This document shows, one piece after another, positions 15,449 through 29,762 of a stretch of DNA of 64,000 nt. Under the pieces are notes generated by a model. That model saw only the letters and a program-made list of their open reading frames with translations. It made no database searches and had not been told where the DNA came from. The stretch's first letter is position 1, and each line of letters starts with the position of its first letter. The stretch is from the human T2T-CHM13v2.0 reference genome, Homo sapiens: the NCBI RefSeq assembly GCF_009914755.1, contig NC_060934.1; one strand, given 5' to 3'. Made by a program: the position numbers and the translations under genes.

Positions 15449-17417
15449 CAGGATTACTATATTTCTAAAAAATAATTTCTGAATCAAAAAATTAGGGTAA
15501 AACTTGGGGCTTTAGTGGCTTTGGAAGCCAAGTGATGTGTTCAAGCAGTAACCTTTCATTAGGTAGGCTTAAACAAAATCCAGATTGAATTGTGACTACT
15601 CAGCAGGGTGAAAATTTGAGGTCCAGCCGCTTGTTTCTCAGAAGGCGTGCATAAAACTGCACTTCCTTCATTCAAAAGTAACCACCAAGCATTTGTTATG
15701 TTCCAGGCATACAGGACACAACAGAAAATGAGGCAAACAGGTCCCCTGCTCTCCTGGACCATCTAGTCCAGCAGGAATACTGTAGTCCTCCTTTCATTAA
15801 TCTCTACTCAAGGGGACCTTTGATTTTCATTTCAAGAAAATGAAAATTATCTGCTTCTGATAATCAAGAAGAAAAACTTGAAATTACTGTCTTATTAGAG
15901 GCTCTGCTTGCTGGGGCATATGCTAGGTTCAATATATTGAGTGCCATGTACTATTTTAGTCTAACGGGTACCATTTAGTGAGCACTTAGTTTAAGCCAGG
16001 GGTGTTCCAAATTTCCTCTCATTGACTCCTCATTATAGTTGCATTAAGGTGATCCTCACAGACCAGAAAACGGAGATCAGAGTGAGTCTCAATGTCTTAT
16101 CCATGGTCCGTCATGCATACACTAAGTGGACAGTCCACAGTCAAGCCTGGATATGTCTGCCTGCCTTCTGTCCATGTGACTATCGTAACGTGTTAGCCTC
16201 TCCAAAAACCTGCTTCTGGCAATTATTTGGAGACTAGAGACATTTTACTAGAGAGAAAATATTTAAAAGTATAGTGGAGACCATGATTAAGAGACTAGCA
16301 CTAGGAACTGAAAGGAAGCACCTTATTTGAAAAATAGCTACTTAATTATGTATGAAAATATTAGGATATGCTATTTTAGACATCTAAGTTTACATAACTA
16401 GATCATTTAACTATTTTTAAAAATTGAACAAATTATTTACCTTCTTTGCTCACATTCCTAGCATCACCTCTCAGGGAAATCCTTGTGAAAATTAAAAAGG
16501 ACAGTTTAGGTATAAAAAAAATTGTATTCAACTAAAAGGATGTGACATAAATCTCTAAGAGCCTGGAAATTCAGAATTTTGACTAACATGTTTGGAGTCT
16601 TTATGAAGTTTACCTCATTTTTTTTAAATACAATGACATGAGATAAGGTTGAAGAAATGGGCCAGAAATTTCCACCCAAACCTCAAATGGCCTTGTTTCT
16701 ACAAATTTATGAATAACAGCACAAATCTGTAATGCTCTGAAAATGACCTAGAACTTTCTGTCATCTAACTGCTGATCAAAAATAAAGCCAAGGTTATATC
16801 TAACTTTTCAATGTCCTTTCTTCTTTCAAACCCTTCTCCACCCAATTCCTGCCTCTAAGGCCTTGAACTTTCTAAATCTTAGGTCCTAAAATAATAAACA
16901 AGTCTGTCTGTGGGATGGAAATAAATAAACTTTTCATTAAAAAATCAGATGTTGGTTTTTACTTTCCAAGCTGAACTCTACTATAAACAAGTATAGTTTT
17001 TCCTGTTCATTAGCTCTTCTCAAAATTGCTTGTAATTTCATGGAATATTGCCAAAGTGATTTTTTTTCCTTCCAAAGTCGGTATCATTCTCCTCTAAAAA
17101 TAATTAAACTAAAGAGGATAAACAGAAAAATGGAATAAAAAATTAAATACCCCAAATACATATATAACATAATATTAAAGGTAGTTCAAAGACTTTTAGA
17201 CATTGCTTGCTTTTAATTACTTTTTAGTGAGTGGGTCAACTGATTCTGTCTTTGAACTTCCAAGCTTACTATAAAGATCACATTGTACAGGTTTTTTGTT
17301 GGTGGTGGTTGTTTCAATGAAAGTTTGGCAATGTATTTACTAAAATGGAAAGGAATTCTAATATGACTGCTATATACTGCAGAATATAGCATAGTCATGC
17401 AAGAAAACAAATGGACA

Positions 17418-17727
17418 GGCTGGGCGCGGTGGCTCACGCCTGTAATCCCAGCACTTTGGGGAGGCTGAGGCATGTGGATCACCTGAGGTCAGGAGTTCAA
17501 GACCAGCCTGGCCAACATGGTGAAAACCTATCTCTACTAAAAATACAAAAAATTAGCCAGGTGTGGTGGTGCACTCCTGTAGTAGTACCAGCTACTCAGG
17601 AGGCTGAAGCAGGAGAATCGCTGGAACCTGGGAGGTGGAGGTTGCCATGAGCCAAAATCATGTCACTGCACTCCAACCTGGGTGACAGAGCAAGGCTCAG
17701 TCTCAAAAAAAAAAAAAAAAAAAAAAA
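17418..17727 (+). mobile_element. AluS
   Basis: Full-length Alu with A tail. Confidence 0.9.
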
Positions 17728-17752
17728 GAAAAACAAATAAAAAGATAAAGCT

Positions 17753-18058
<306 letters not shown>

Positions 18059-18189
18059 TCATGCAACAGTTACTTATTGTAAATCTACTAAGTAGTAGTC
18101 AGTATCCAGGAAGCAGAGATGAACGGCATGATACTTGCCTTCATGGAGCTTACAGTCTAGTGGAAAAGGTACCAGTAAACAAGCACCTA

Positions 18190-18400
18190 CCACATGCCAG
18201 GCTGTGCTACGTGCTTATATCCATTATCTATTAATAATGCATCATCACAACTAGGCTGTATGGCATAAATTATTATGACTATTTCCCAGGTGAGATAACT
18301 AAGGCTTTAAAAGGTAAGTATATTGACCAAAAAAATCTGCTAGTGAGTAGTAAGGCAGGATTTGAACTCGGATTTGTCTAAATCCAAAGTAGATGCTTTT
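18190..18400 (-). mobile_element. MIR fragment
   Basis: ataactaaggct...gcaggatttgaactcggatttgtct MIR pattern. Confidence 0.55.
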
Positions 18401-18522
18401 AATTGTCAAATAAAAATGATTGCATTTACAAACTTATTTACCCTGTATTTAAAGGTTTGCATAAATCAAAACAAGACAATCTTCGACTTGGAAGATTCAG
18501 TCTTCAATCTTCCACAGCTTAC

Positions 18523-18667
18523 CTGTTATCTTGCAACCGTATACTTCAAATCTCATAGATATGCCAGTTTCCCAAGTTGCAGGCTTGATTCGGACAAATC
18601 GAGTTATCAGTGGTTTGGGGAATACTGCAACCACAACATCTGTGGGGTTGGTGTTTCCCTGAAAGAG
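18523..18667 (-). CDS. NRP1: NRP1 exon 8 (145 nt, phase 0-1), end of b1: LFQGNTNPTDVVVAVFPKPLITRFVRIKPATWETGISMRFEVYGCKIT
   Basis: Manual translation; acceptor ...ccatacag|CTCTTT, donor ACAG|gtaagc. Confidence 0.98.
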
Positions 18668-19271
18668 CTGTATGGGGAAAAAAAGTGCCTTTCTTTAGCA
18701 GAGGTTTTGGATTTAAATCCATAAATGTGTTTTCACAAATGGTTGTAAAAATTATTTACAATTTCAGTGTTGTCGATCAAGGATGAGATGGCGTTAATAA
18801 CTCGCCATGTTAATTTTTTCAATTAGCAATCAGAATGATGTCTAATATAGAATACTGTCCTAATCATCGATTCAATTTTCTGAGAGGCTAGAGTCTTTAA
18901 AAGCACTATTATATGGATAATATTGATTAAAGAACGCATGCTATTATCTAAAAAGTGTGAAACTATTAACTTTACCAGAGGACCAAAATAATACTGTAGA
19001 CGTGTCATGGGAACTCTCACTGTTTGACTTTCCCAAGAATCCCCAGAAGGGATGCTTTTTAAGTAAACTATAGGGCCTGGCTTTTTGAAATTCTAGGTCG
19101 TGTTTGCAGCTACAGTACTAGGTCAAATAGCGTTCTCCCCTTTGACTTCATTCCTTGATGGAAGATCTTGTCCCTCACACTAATGCGTGACTTTAATCCT
19201 TTTTTGATTATTGGTAAAATTATGTTTTAGTGGTCAAAGTCAAAACTGAGTTATAAATTATTTTTAACTAA

Positions 19272-19602
<331 letters not shown>

Positions 19603-20142
19603 CTGCTTTTAGTTTTAAATTGAGTCATTTTATTCTAAGAAAGATGAGGCATGTGACTGCAAATGTAATGCATGCCAGGCATGAATGGATGTTTCCCACA
19701 AGGACTCGTGGGGGCCACTCTGCCTGGGCGGGGGGCTGCAGCAGCATTCTCCAGTAAGATCTCTGAGGACTAGAGAGTTTACCATTACAGAATACTCTGC
19801 CTCCCTTTCCTGGATTTTAATTCTGCCTTGGGTTGGGAACAGCCCGTGGGATGGTGATGTTTCTCAGTCCTGTGCCTCGTGCATTCAGCACTATGCTTCT
19901 CAGCACAGCTGGGTCAGACACCTCCTTTTAGGCTGCATAACTGGAGCATCACGGGGCTCACTCGAGGCATGCAGCTTCCTCCCCATCTTTCCAGGTGAGG
20001 ACATGAAGGTCTATGGTTTCCCAAGTCCTGCTCTTCCACCTGGGAGAAAGGGCTTGTGAAAGTCGGGCTTGTGTTTTCACTTTATTGAATTTAAGTGGCC
20101 TGCACAACTAAAGGTGGTCAAATGCTTTACAGAGTTGGTTGT

Positions 20143-20432
20143 GGCTGGGTGTGGTGGCTCATGCCAGTAATTCCAAAACTTTAGGAGGCCAAGGCAGGAG
20201 GATTGCTTGAGGCCAGGAGTTTGAGACCAGCCTGGGCAACATAGTGAGACTCCATCTCTCCATTAAAAAAAAAAAAAAATTAGCCAGGTATGGTGGTGGT
20301 GCATGCCTGTGGTCTCAGCTACTTGGGAGATTTAGCTGGGAGGATGGCTTGAGCCCAGGAATTTAAGGCTGCAGTGAGTTATGATTGCACCACTGCACTC
20401 CAGCATGGGTGACAGAGCAAGACTTGGTCTCT
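20143..20432 (+). mobile_element. AluJ
   Basis: Full-length Alu with AluJ pattern. Confidence 0.85.
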
Positions 20433-21350
20433 ATTTTTGTTTAAATAAGTCAGTTTTTAGCCTGATCTCTCTCTTGAGACGATCTGATATCCTAATTTAT
20501 CCCAGCCTGTGATGGCCTTTTGATTTCTGCCCTAAATCAGCATCTCTCCCTGGAAATCAATCTGTGTGGGAGCATTTTTGTGTGACAAAGAGTAATGGGC
20601 AGCTGCCAGGGAAGGAGGGCCGCCAATGATGGTGCTCTCCTTATGGGGGCAATGAGTCCTTGTCCGAGGGAGACCAGAAGTCTGGCAGGAGAGTTGTGTG
20701 CCCTGGTGCAGGCAGAGGGGAGGTGCATTTTCCTCCCACTGAGGGAGTTTTCTGTTTGCTGAAAATCATGTTTTATACACATTCTCTCCAACATGAAGAG
20801 GGTTGCTGGAGTTGTTGGTGGTCGAAAGCTGCACTCCTGGAGCAAAGTGGGAATGAAGGTAGAGGGGAGTGGCTGAAAGCCCCTAAAGTACAGAGAAAGG
20901 TGGGGTGGGCAACAATCATGAGGCTCTAGGTGGATGTTCTGGTTTCATTAGATTCTGATTTCATTAGATTCAGCTAAAGTGCTCAGAACAGATGCCAAGC
21001 TCTCTGCCGACTCCTTCCTTATTCCTTCTGCCTCTCCCCTTGAAGCCCTTCTGTGTGCCAGGGGTTCCCAGGGCAAGCTGGGGGCACTGTCAAACACCCC
21101 TGTAATCTGTGGGTGCTCTCCGACAGCCCCCCTCTTCTGGGCCATGCAAACAACCAGTGGACAACAGTTGAAGAAAACATGTTGGTGAAATAGCCCGTAT
21201 GGTTTTTTTTTCCTTAACAAAAAATGGTCATGTTGCTATTTTCTTTCATCCCTCTTATCTGCATGCATTCCAGTATAAAGATAATGAAATACCAGTTAAG
21301 TTTATCACTTAACATTATCTTAGACCTTTCACCTCATGGTTCCATTTTGT

Positions 21351-21640
21351 TCTTTTTTTTTTTTTTCTTCAACCTTTAAGTTTCAGGGTACCTGTGCAGG
21401 ATGTATAGGTTTGTTACACAGGTAACTGTGTGCCAAGGTGGTTTACTGCACAGATCATCCCATCACCTTGGTATTAAGCCCAGCATCCATTAGCTATTTT
21501 TCCTGATGCTCTCCGTCCTCCCACATACCCCGCTACCGACAAGTCCCAGTGTGTGTTGTTCCCTGCAATGCATCCATGTGTTCTCATCATTCAGCTCCCA
21601 GTTATAAGTAAGAACATGTGTTGTTTGGTTTTCTCCTCCT
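21351..21640 (-). mobile_element. L1PA (older primate L1) 3' end
   Basis: Poly-T then tgtgcaggatgt..aggtttgttaca..ggta...gagaacatg L1PA 3' UTR pattern. Confidence 0.85.
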
Positions 21641-22937
21641 GAAGTAGCGCTTATTTTAAAAAGAAATGGCCTGACAGTCTAAGGTCAGCTCTCCCGGCTC
21701 TCTCTGGGTTCTTTGGCTGGTAGGTGCCTCATTAGAGTTAGTGATTTTTTATTTCCTTGAACCTAAAGTATGTCTTCAGAAATTTATTCCCAAACAAGAA
21801 TCAGTCATGAAACTTGGGGTCAAAATTTACTCACTTCATCTCCATGAGCGTTGACTAGGAAGGTTCTTGTACCCCAGACAAACTGGTTCCATGTCCTCCA
21901 GGACTAGACAATGGCCTTGAACTTGCCTGCCCATAGCATTTTCCTCCTACAGAACAGCTGTCTATCTGTAGCTGCTTCCATCTTGCCTGCCCTGTCCGAG
22001 AGTGGGGGTTTCACTGCTAATCAAAGGGAATTAATAGATTTTCTCACTTCACACCCAGGGGGCTTTTCTCAGTTCCAGATCCACAAGGAGAAAATCAAGT
22101 ACGTGAATGCTCAAAAGAGAGACAGGTTAATTGGCCTCTTCCCAAGCCCATCATTGCAAGCTACCTGGATCTTTGCTCCTATCCTCATCAATTTCCTGTG
22201 TTTTGCTCAGCCTCCAGGGCAAGCTTTTAATTTCTGGGAGATGGTGAGTATGAATTCTCCGAAATCTTTTGATTAGAAAATCAGAGCAAGTGTAACTTCA
22301 AATAAACAGGCAGGCTGAGAAAAACATCTCTGTTCCAAATGAGCTAGGGCAGAGCGCCGAGGGACACGGTATGGTCTGTGCTGCCTCCTTGGTTGAAAGC
22401 AGTACGGAGGTAGTGTGTTATTTGTGTGATCTGAGGGAACACAATGAAATACCTTTGGTTCCACGCGTTCTTACAAGAAGCAGTCAAATGCACTTGTAAA
22501 TTAGTTTGTGAGCCACAGTAGATAGATGAAAAGATGTTTTCTAAAACTAGCTGATTACAGACAGAAAGAATCTATGAAAGGATGAAGAAATCGAGGGGGG
22601 AAAAACAACAAAACCCCAAATTCCTAAGGTTCTAAGAGGACAGTGTTTATCCCACGCAGAATCTGTGTCCCCATGGGGGGCTTACAGCAATTCTTGAGTC
22701 TGACACTTAATTTGGCCTGTATTGACTTTTTTTGGAAACATTCACATAATTTCCTCCCGGCTTCTGGATCTGGGAACATGAGACCCCTTGGTTAGATTTA
22801 AACCTCTAATTGCACTTTTCATTTCAAATCAATTCAAAAATAAACCAGGCCAGACAGAAAGCTACCAAACAAACAAGTAAAAATTGATCATCCATTTAAA
22901 AGACCAAATTGGTTGCCACGGTGGCAGCCTAACTTAC

Positions 22938-23093
22938 AACAGGTTTGTTTCCTTCTTTTATGGTGATCCAGTCTTCCCCGTTGGAGCTAACGTCGATCTT
23001 GTAAGTCTTGACATAATATTTCTTCTTGGTTTCTTTTGAAATGGCGCCCTGTGTCCCGACAGCCGTGACAAAGCGCAGAAGGCCCAAGTCTAC
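22938..23093 (-). CDS. NRP1: NRP1 exon 7 (156 nt, phase 0-0), b1 domain: VDLGLLRFVTAVGTQGAISKETKKKYYVKTYKIDVSSNGEDWITIKEGNKPV
   Basis: Manual translation (coding frame absent from the ORF track); acceptor ...tcttgcag|GTAGAC, donor TGTT|gtaagt. Confidence 0.98.
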
Positions 23094-23283
23094 CTGCAAG
23101 ACAAGTACAAGCGTGGTCAGTGCACCATCCCTGCAGCACAGTAACCCAAAGCATCTTTTCCTGTGGGCTCCACGTTGTGGTTTTCATCCACCTGGGATCA
23201 ACAGGGCCTCATTCCATCGGGTGTCCACAGTCCCTGACTCCTCCCTTCCATTCCTTCTTAAAAAAAGGCAAAGGCATGATCAA

Positions 23284-23862
23284 TGTAAACCAAAAATAAA
23301 ATTCTAAGTCCCCTGACCATCTAAATGGACACCTTGTCCCAGCAAGGGCATTCCAAAGCTAACCTGAAAAACTAGTTCAGGCTATGATAGGACAGTGTGA
23401 GGGTCAGACAAGCCTCATTATTATACCCTCATCTCTGTTGGAATTAATGATAGAACAGCTCTTTAAGTCTGATAAGAAACATCTACAACATATTCTCTCT
23501 GAAGCCTGCTACCTGGTCTTTACCTGTACGTTATCTTAACCCAGACATTCCTAAGTCTTTAGACAGTAACTTAACTCTTTCAACCATTGCCAATCAGAAA
23601 ATCTTTGAATCCACCTATGACTTGGGAGCCCCTGTTTTCAGATGTCCCACCTTTCTGGACCAAACCAATGTACATCTTCTATGTATCTGATTGATGTCTC
23701 ATGTCTCCCTGAAATATATAAAACCAAGCTGTACCCAGACCACCTTGGGTTTATGTCCTCAGGACCTCCTGAGGTTCTGTGTCACAAGCCACTGCTCACT
23801 CATATTTGTCTCAGAATAAATCTCTTCAAATATTTTATAGAGTTTGACTCTTTTTGTCCACA
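23284..23862 (+). mobile_element. ERV1 solo LTR, MER4 family
   Basis: Starts tgtaaaccaaaaataaaattctaag, ends aataaatctcttcaaatattttatagagtttgactctttttgtccaca. Confidence 0.8.
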
Positions 23863-25003
23863 AAAGACAGCATGGCCCTAAGTTGGTTCCCATTGTTAGG
23901 AAGGCCAGGAAAAGACCTTTCTCACTGTTGCAACCAGGATTGCTTGATCCCTGGTGCAAAAGAGAAAACTGGATTCAATATCATACTTTCCAAACTGCAC
24001 ATTCATATATGTCATCTTGCAAAGACAGAATCAAGACAAACAAGATAAACTCACACAATGGATAATGGAGAGGCCTGGACTTGAATTCCTGTCTAACATA
24101 ATCCCATTTCCCCTCTGTCTTTGGCATCCTACCTCCTTCCACATTAAATGCAGACTGAAACGATACTGACTTGAAAGCTCTAAGGGTGTTGTGGTTTGGG
24201 AGAGGGGCCATAGATTTATAACTTGGGATGGAGTAAAGAGGAAGAGGGTAAAGATTTCTGTTTCAGCTTTAGATTTCTTCCCTCCCCACATCTTCCTGTG
24301 GCCTCTCTCCTTGCAGCTCAGTTTGAGAGGCAGGTGGATTCCAAGTCATCAGGTGGGGGAGACTGATGTCTCTAGGAAACAACTGCTTGGGCTTGCAACC
24401 TTCTCCTGGTAAGTTTCCAGTGGAAAAACTCCTCAACACGACAGCCTTGCCTTCATCTCTCACTAGCCTGTCTCATATCCTGAGGGGTGGGGCTCTTGGA
24501 AGGCATCAGAGTAGTGATGACCAGAGGGTGACTGAAATCTCGAGGGTCTGTGTTTTCATCCCAGGGCCCTGTGATGTGAGTGGGAAGGAATGGATTTAAG
24601 CAGCAAGCACTCCATGTTCTAGTCCAGACTCTGCCATCATCTTTAGGCTTCTGGGCCCTCATTTGTAAAATGAAGGAGTGGGATTAGATAACTTGGAAGA
24701 CTCTTTTCCACTCTGACCTCCTATAATTCCTTCTTTCATAATGTGTTAGATGTTTCCAGTAGAGTAGGTTTTTTTTTCTTTAACTCTCCTTATTACCAGC
24801 ATTAATAACTAAGAATAATCTTGAAAGAAAACTCATTACTAGTTTGTATATAATAGTGATATTTTCAATTTATTTTAATAAATTTGATTATTCCTATAAA
24901 ATTATTTGCTCCATCAATTGTATGCCCAGCTTTAAACACAAGCTTAAAAAAAAGTCCACAAATATATGGCAAATATTTTTTTAAAGGACACAGAAAATAG
25001 TTA

Positions 25004-25282
<279 letters not shown>

Positions 25283-25839
25283 TCAGAATATAATATTTCA
25301 ATTAATTCTCCAGTGCCCATGGGCCACGAACACTTAAAGAATTTCCATTCTATGCACAGCCTGCCTCATGGAGGCATATTGTCTTTCATGAATTGCTTTT
25401 TTCCTGAAGGCGCTTGGAGTAGTTAAATCAACATGTTGTCTACATCCAGGAAAAACAGCACATAGAAGCCAATTTGAAGTTACAGAAAGCAGTAGTGGTA
25501 GATTTCATCTGGAAAGAATGGGACTATCATTCAACGCAAAATAATCTTTATTTCATTTCCCTGGTTTTAAAGATATAAACTCTAGGCTCTGTGTGCTTTC
25601 ACCAGATTTAAGAGAAAAAGGAACAAGAATTTAATAGAATTTAATATTTTAGAATACTAACAATAGATTTTATAATTTTAATTTAATGAATAAGTATTTT
25701 ACCAACATATTCTTATCAAGTGCCTACACTTGTTTACCAAAATTTGCATTTGTTTTTCAAAAGTGAACCATGGTACTTTGATGAATGTTTTAAACTTCCT
25801 ATCTCCCTCATGTACACATTTCAAAAAGGGGAGGTGATT

Positions 25840-26033
25840 GAAGGTTGTCAGATTTAGCAAATAAAAGTACAAAACATCAGTTAAATTTGAATGTCAGGCA
25901 AAACCAAATTTTTTTTAGTATAAGTGTGTTCCATACAACATTTGGGCTGTAGTTACACTAACAACTGATTCATTGCTTACATAAAATTCAAATTTAAATG
26001 GATTTTCTGTATCTATGTTATCTGACAACCCTA
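25840..26033. mobile_element. MER53, second copy
   Basis: ggttgtcagatttagcaaataaaa...tatctgacaacccta terminal inverted repeats. Confidence 0.8.
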
Positions 26034-27118
26034 AATCTCACTATATTCCAGACAAATAGGTGATTTTAAGTTGCTGCAGAAACTCTCTGATTTCACAATG
26101 CCGCAATCTAAAAGTTAATGGGGACTCTAAAAATGGTTGCTCTGAACAATGTTAACTGTTTTCAAATGCTCGCAGATCACTTAGTGCTTTTCTGACTGTC
26201 CATTAAAGTCATGCCCAATGCCACAGCTACTTTCAAGCTGAAGGGTCCTTAAAATCTTGAAGTCCGAGGAAGCATGAAGCAGAGCTATTTAAATAAACTC
26301 TTCCTGTCAAACTTACAGATGGCTCTTTAGTTTGGAAATGATTAAATTCCCAAGAGTGTGTATTCAGCTTGGGCTGATTTGAAACAACCCTAGAACTTCA
26401 TTCCCTGGTTGTCCTTTTTCTATTTTTTAAATTTTGGTTTTTGGAGTAAGATTTAATTACTAAGTAGGAAAGAAGTTAACTGGTGATCAAACAGAAGATT
26501 CCTAGGTATTAGGAACAGCTGACATCAGAGGAAGGAGCAATTGACTGGAATTAACTAGTATCCAACACAGGAAGATACAAAGGCACCCAAAGCATATGCA
26601 TGAATCACTCATTAAAAAAGAAAGATTTTTTTTTTCTCAACAGCAATGAAATGCATTGGCAACCTCCTCTTGTAATTGCATAGTTTCCTGCTGTGCTTTA
26701 AAACTCTGCAGATTCTCTTATTTACCACACAGGGATACTTGAAATTTCATTTCATTTTTCTCCCTAAGATTATTGCCAGTGGGTTTAGTAAGGATGGATG
26801 ACAACCTCACAAAGTGATTAGGACTGGGGCTTGAACCACTGCAACTAAAACCGGATAGTACCCAGAACTCTAACAACATACAGCCTCTCCAGCACTTAGT
26901 GTGCAACCCTCACTGCTAAGACCAGGGAAGTTCTTTCCACGAGTCCTTTCTCTTAATGCCTTAGGGGAATTCTCAACAAGGATCTGCCCTCCACTCTCAA
27001 GTGCCTGAGAGAGTTTGAGGGGAGACAGATAAAGTCCTGCTCAATAAGCATCACTGCTCACACTGCTGGTGTCTGTGTCAGGAGACCTAGAAAGACTTCA
27101 TGCCTTGGTGTTCATATC

Positions 27119-27396
27119 TGAAGAGTTCTGGAAGACACCACCCCCAAAATTTGCCACTTTGGCATGAAGATTATTTCGAGTTGAAGGCAATCGAGAATCA
27201 ACAGATGCAAGAAGAATTCTATGCCCTCCCCTTCTCTGCCTAAAAGCAGGAGATACATTTCCTTTTGGGAAGGGGGCATAAATTCTCCCCCTCTACTCTA
27301 CCACGATGAAGACAGCAACATTTATCAGTGGAGACTGAGATAAAATTTGCATAAACACATCTTACTAAAATAACTCCTATTTTCCATTAGTTTCTC

Positions 27397-27444
<48 letters not shown>

Positions 27445-27727
27445 ATCTCCTAGTCACTTTCCTACAACTTATCCGCCCTAGAAGCCCAAACCCTCTTTCT
27501 TTTCTCAAGTCACTTATCCACAACTTATCACCCATTGTGAAAATGGTGTATAAGCATCTGAATCTATTTCTTTGGTTTTTCATTTCTTTTCTGTAAGGCT
27601 TCTGTGCATGTAAAATTTAAAATATTAATGCCTTTTTTCCTGTTAATCTGTCTTTTGTCAGTTTAATTTGCAGGCCCCAGTTGCAACACCTTAAAGAGTA
27701 GATGAAAAGTTTTCTCCTTCCCTTACA
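27119..27727 (+). mobile_element. ERV1 solo LTR, MER34-family-like, with internal (TG)n
   Basis: ccacccccaaaatttgccactttggcatgaagattatttcgagttgaaggcaat start; ends tttctccttcccttaca. Confidence 0.7.
27402..27440. repeat. (TG)n microsatellite
   Basis: Direct reading. Confidence 0.95.
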
Positions 27728-29376
27728 AGCCTTTCTCACTGGTGTAGATGTCTCTGCTAGTCATGACATTGGCTTCAATCTACCTTTTTAGCCTCCTGCT
27801 ACACCTCTCTCTTTCCAACTGTATCACCCAGCCATATTATAATATTCGTTGCTTGTAACAGAATATAAGCCTTTTCTAGCTGCATGTCTTGACATACAAA
27901 GTTCCTTTGCCCTAAAACAACCTCTGTCTGTTTTTTGACTGGAAATGACTTTTTCCTCTTTTTGGCCTAGTAGGCTAAACCCCTTTATAGCTCATGTCCC
28001 CATCACTGAATTCATCATTCTGTTTTTGCTGTACCTCCTTCTAGATTGTTGTGTGGATTTCCTTTGAAAAGCATCTGTTTTTCCCTGCAGAAAAACTAAT
28101 AAATGCCTACTGAAAATTCATAAAATGCAGTAAAGATGATAGAAGAAAATTAAGTCTCCCTAAGACCATCATTAGGAAATAATTACCAATCATAGCCTTG
28201 CAGAGTTTCTTTTCCCATGCAAAGTACCTGTGAATATTTGTATGCATGTTTTTACTTTGAAAAATAAGGTCATATTACCTCTATGCCTGATAACTGGCTT
28301 TATAATGGAGTTTTATAGACGTTCTAGTGCCACTATTTTTTCTACATCATAATTTTTAGTGGCTGTGAATATTTAGGTATTGGATCTTACTCAACTGGAT
28401 TAACATTATCAGCGGGCATTTAATACTGCTTATCTGCTAAGTTCTATATTAAGTTGTTAGGATATAAAGAGCAGTAAGAGTGTGCAAAACGCGAACCCAT
28501 GACTACCGTACAGACAGGTATCATGCAGCATCAAGGAAAAGGTAAACAATTTAACAGAGAACTGGAGGTGAGGGGAGCTGATTTCTATGCTCAAGATGGC
28601 TATGGGGGATAAACAGTAGGAGCTTGTGAGTGGACACAAAGGAAAAGACTGTTCCAGGGACGAGGAGGAGCAGGAATTGCAGAGATAAGCAGGAAAAAAT
28701 AAATGAATGAAATCATGGACACTAAACAACCTATTATGTTTCCCTCACCACTATTGACATTACTTGTCAAAAAAAATGTATTGCTCTCTAAAGAATATGA
28801 GCTCTGGTTGTTTTGAAGTTGAAATGATCAGTAGTCATAAAACCCACTCCAAATCAAACACTACCCATCGTCTTGGTGGCTTAGCTTTTTGAATCATGCT
28901 AAGTTCTCATCAACGTCACATGCTAATAGGCAAGACTGGTGACCCAAGACAAGCAGCTGAAAAGACAAAGACACAACCCAGAGTACTTCTACACAATGCC
29001 ACCCCTCTATGTTTTGGAGGGTTCATCGTCCTAAACAATACTTCCTTTCTTTCCATAAAAATTCAGACACACAATAACCATAATTAAGTAACCTGCTTTC
29101 CCTCAACCCAATCAGCTCTGCTCTAATCACCATTTTCTTATTTTGAAAGAATATCATTATTTCACAGCTGCTTTATTTTTAATTAGAAGATGGATGTGAT
29201 TTCACATCTGAGTTGGATATACTTCTGTTTAACATTAAGGGTGATGGTGAGGGGGTGTGATGATGGCGGTGGGCAGGGATGGAATGGAACATCAAATGCA
29301 TTCACTGAAATTGTTGAACATTTCCCTCTGTGTGTGTGACAAACATAAACATCTGGTATTTATCGATGGCATGTAG

Positions 29377-29762
<386 letters not shown>

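Noticed and set aside
23094-23274. Possible upstream alternative acceptor for exon 7 (cctttgcctttttttaag)
   Set aside because: Would add 163 nt and shift the frame; the canonical acceptor has its own branch point and pyrimidine tract; no supporting evidence
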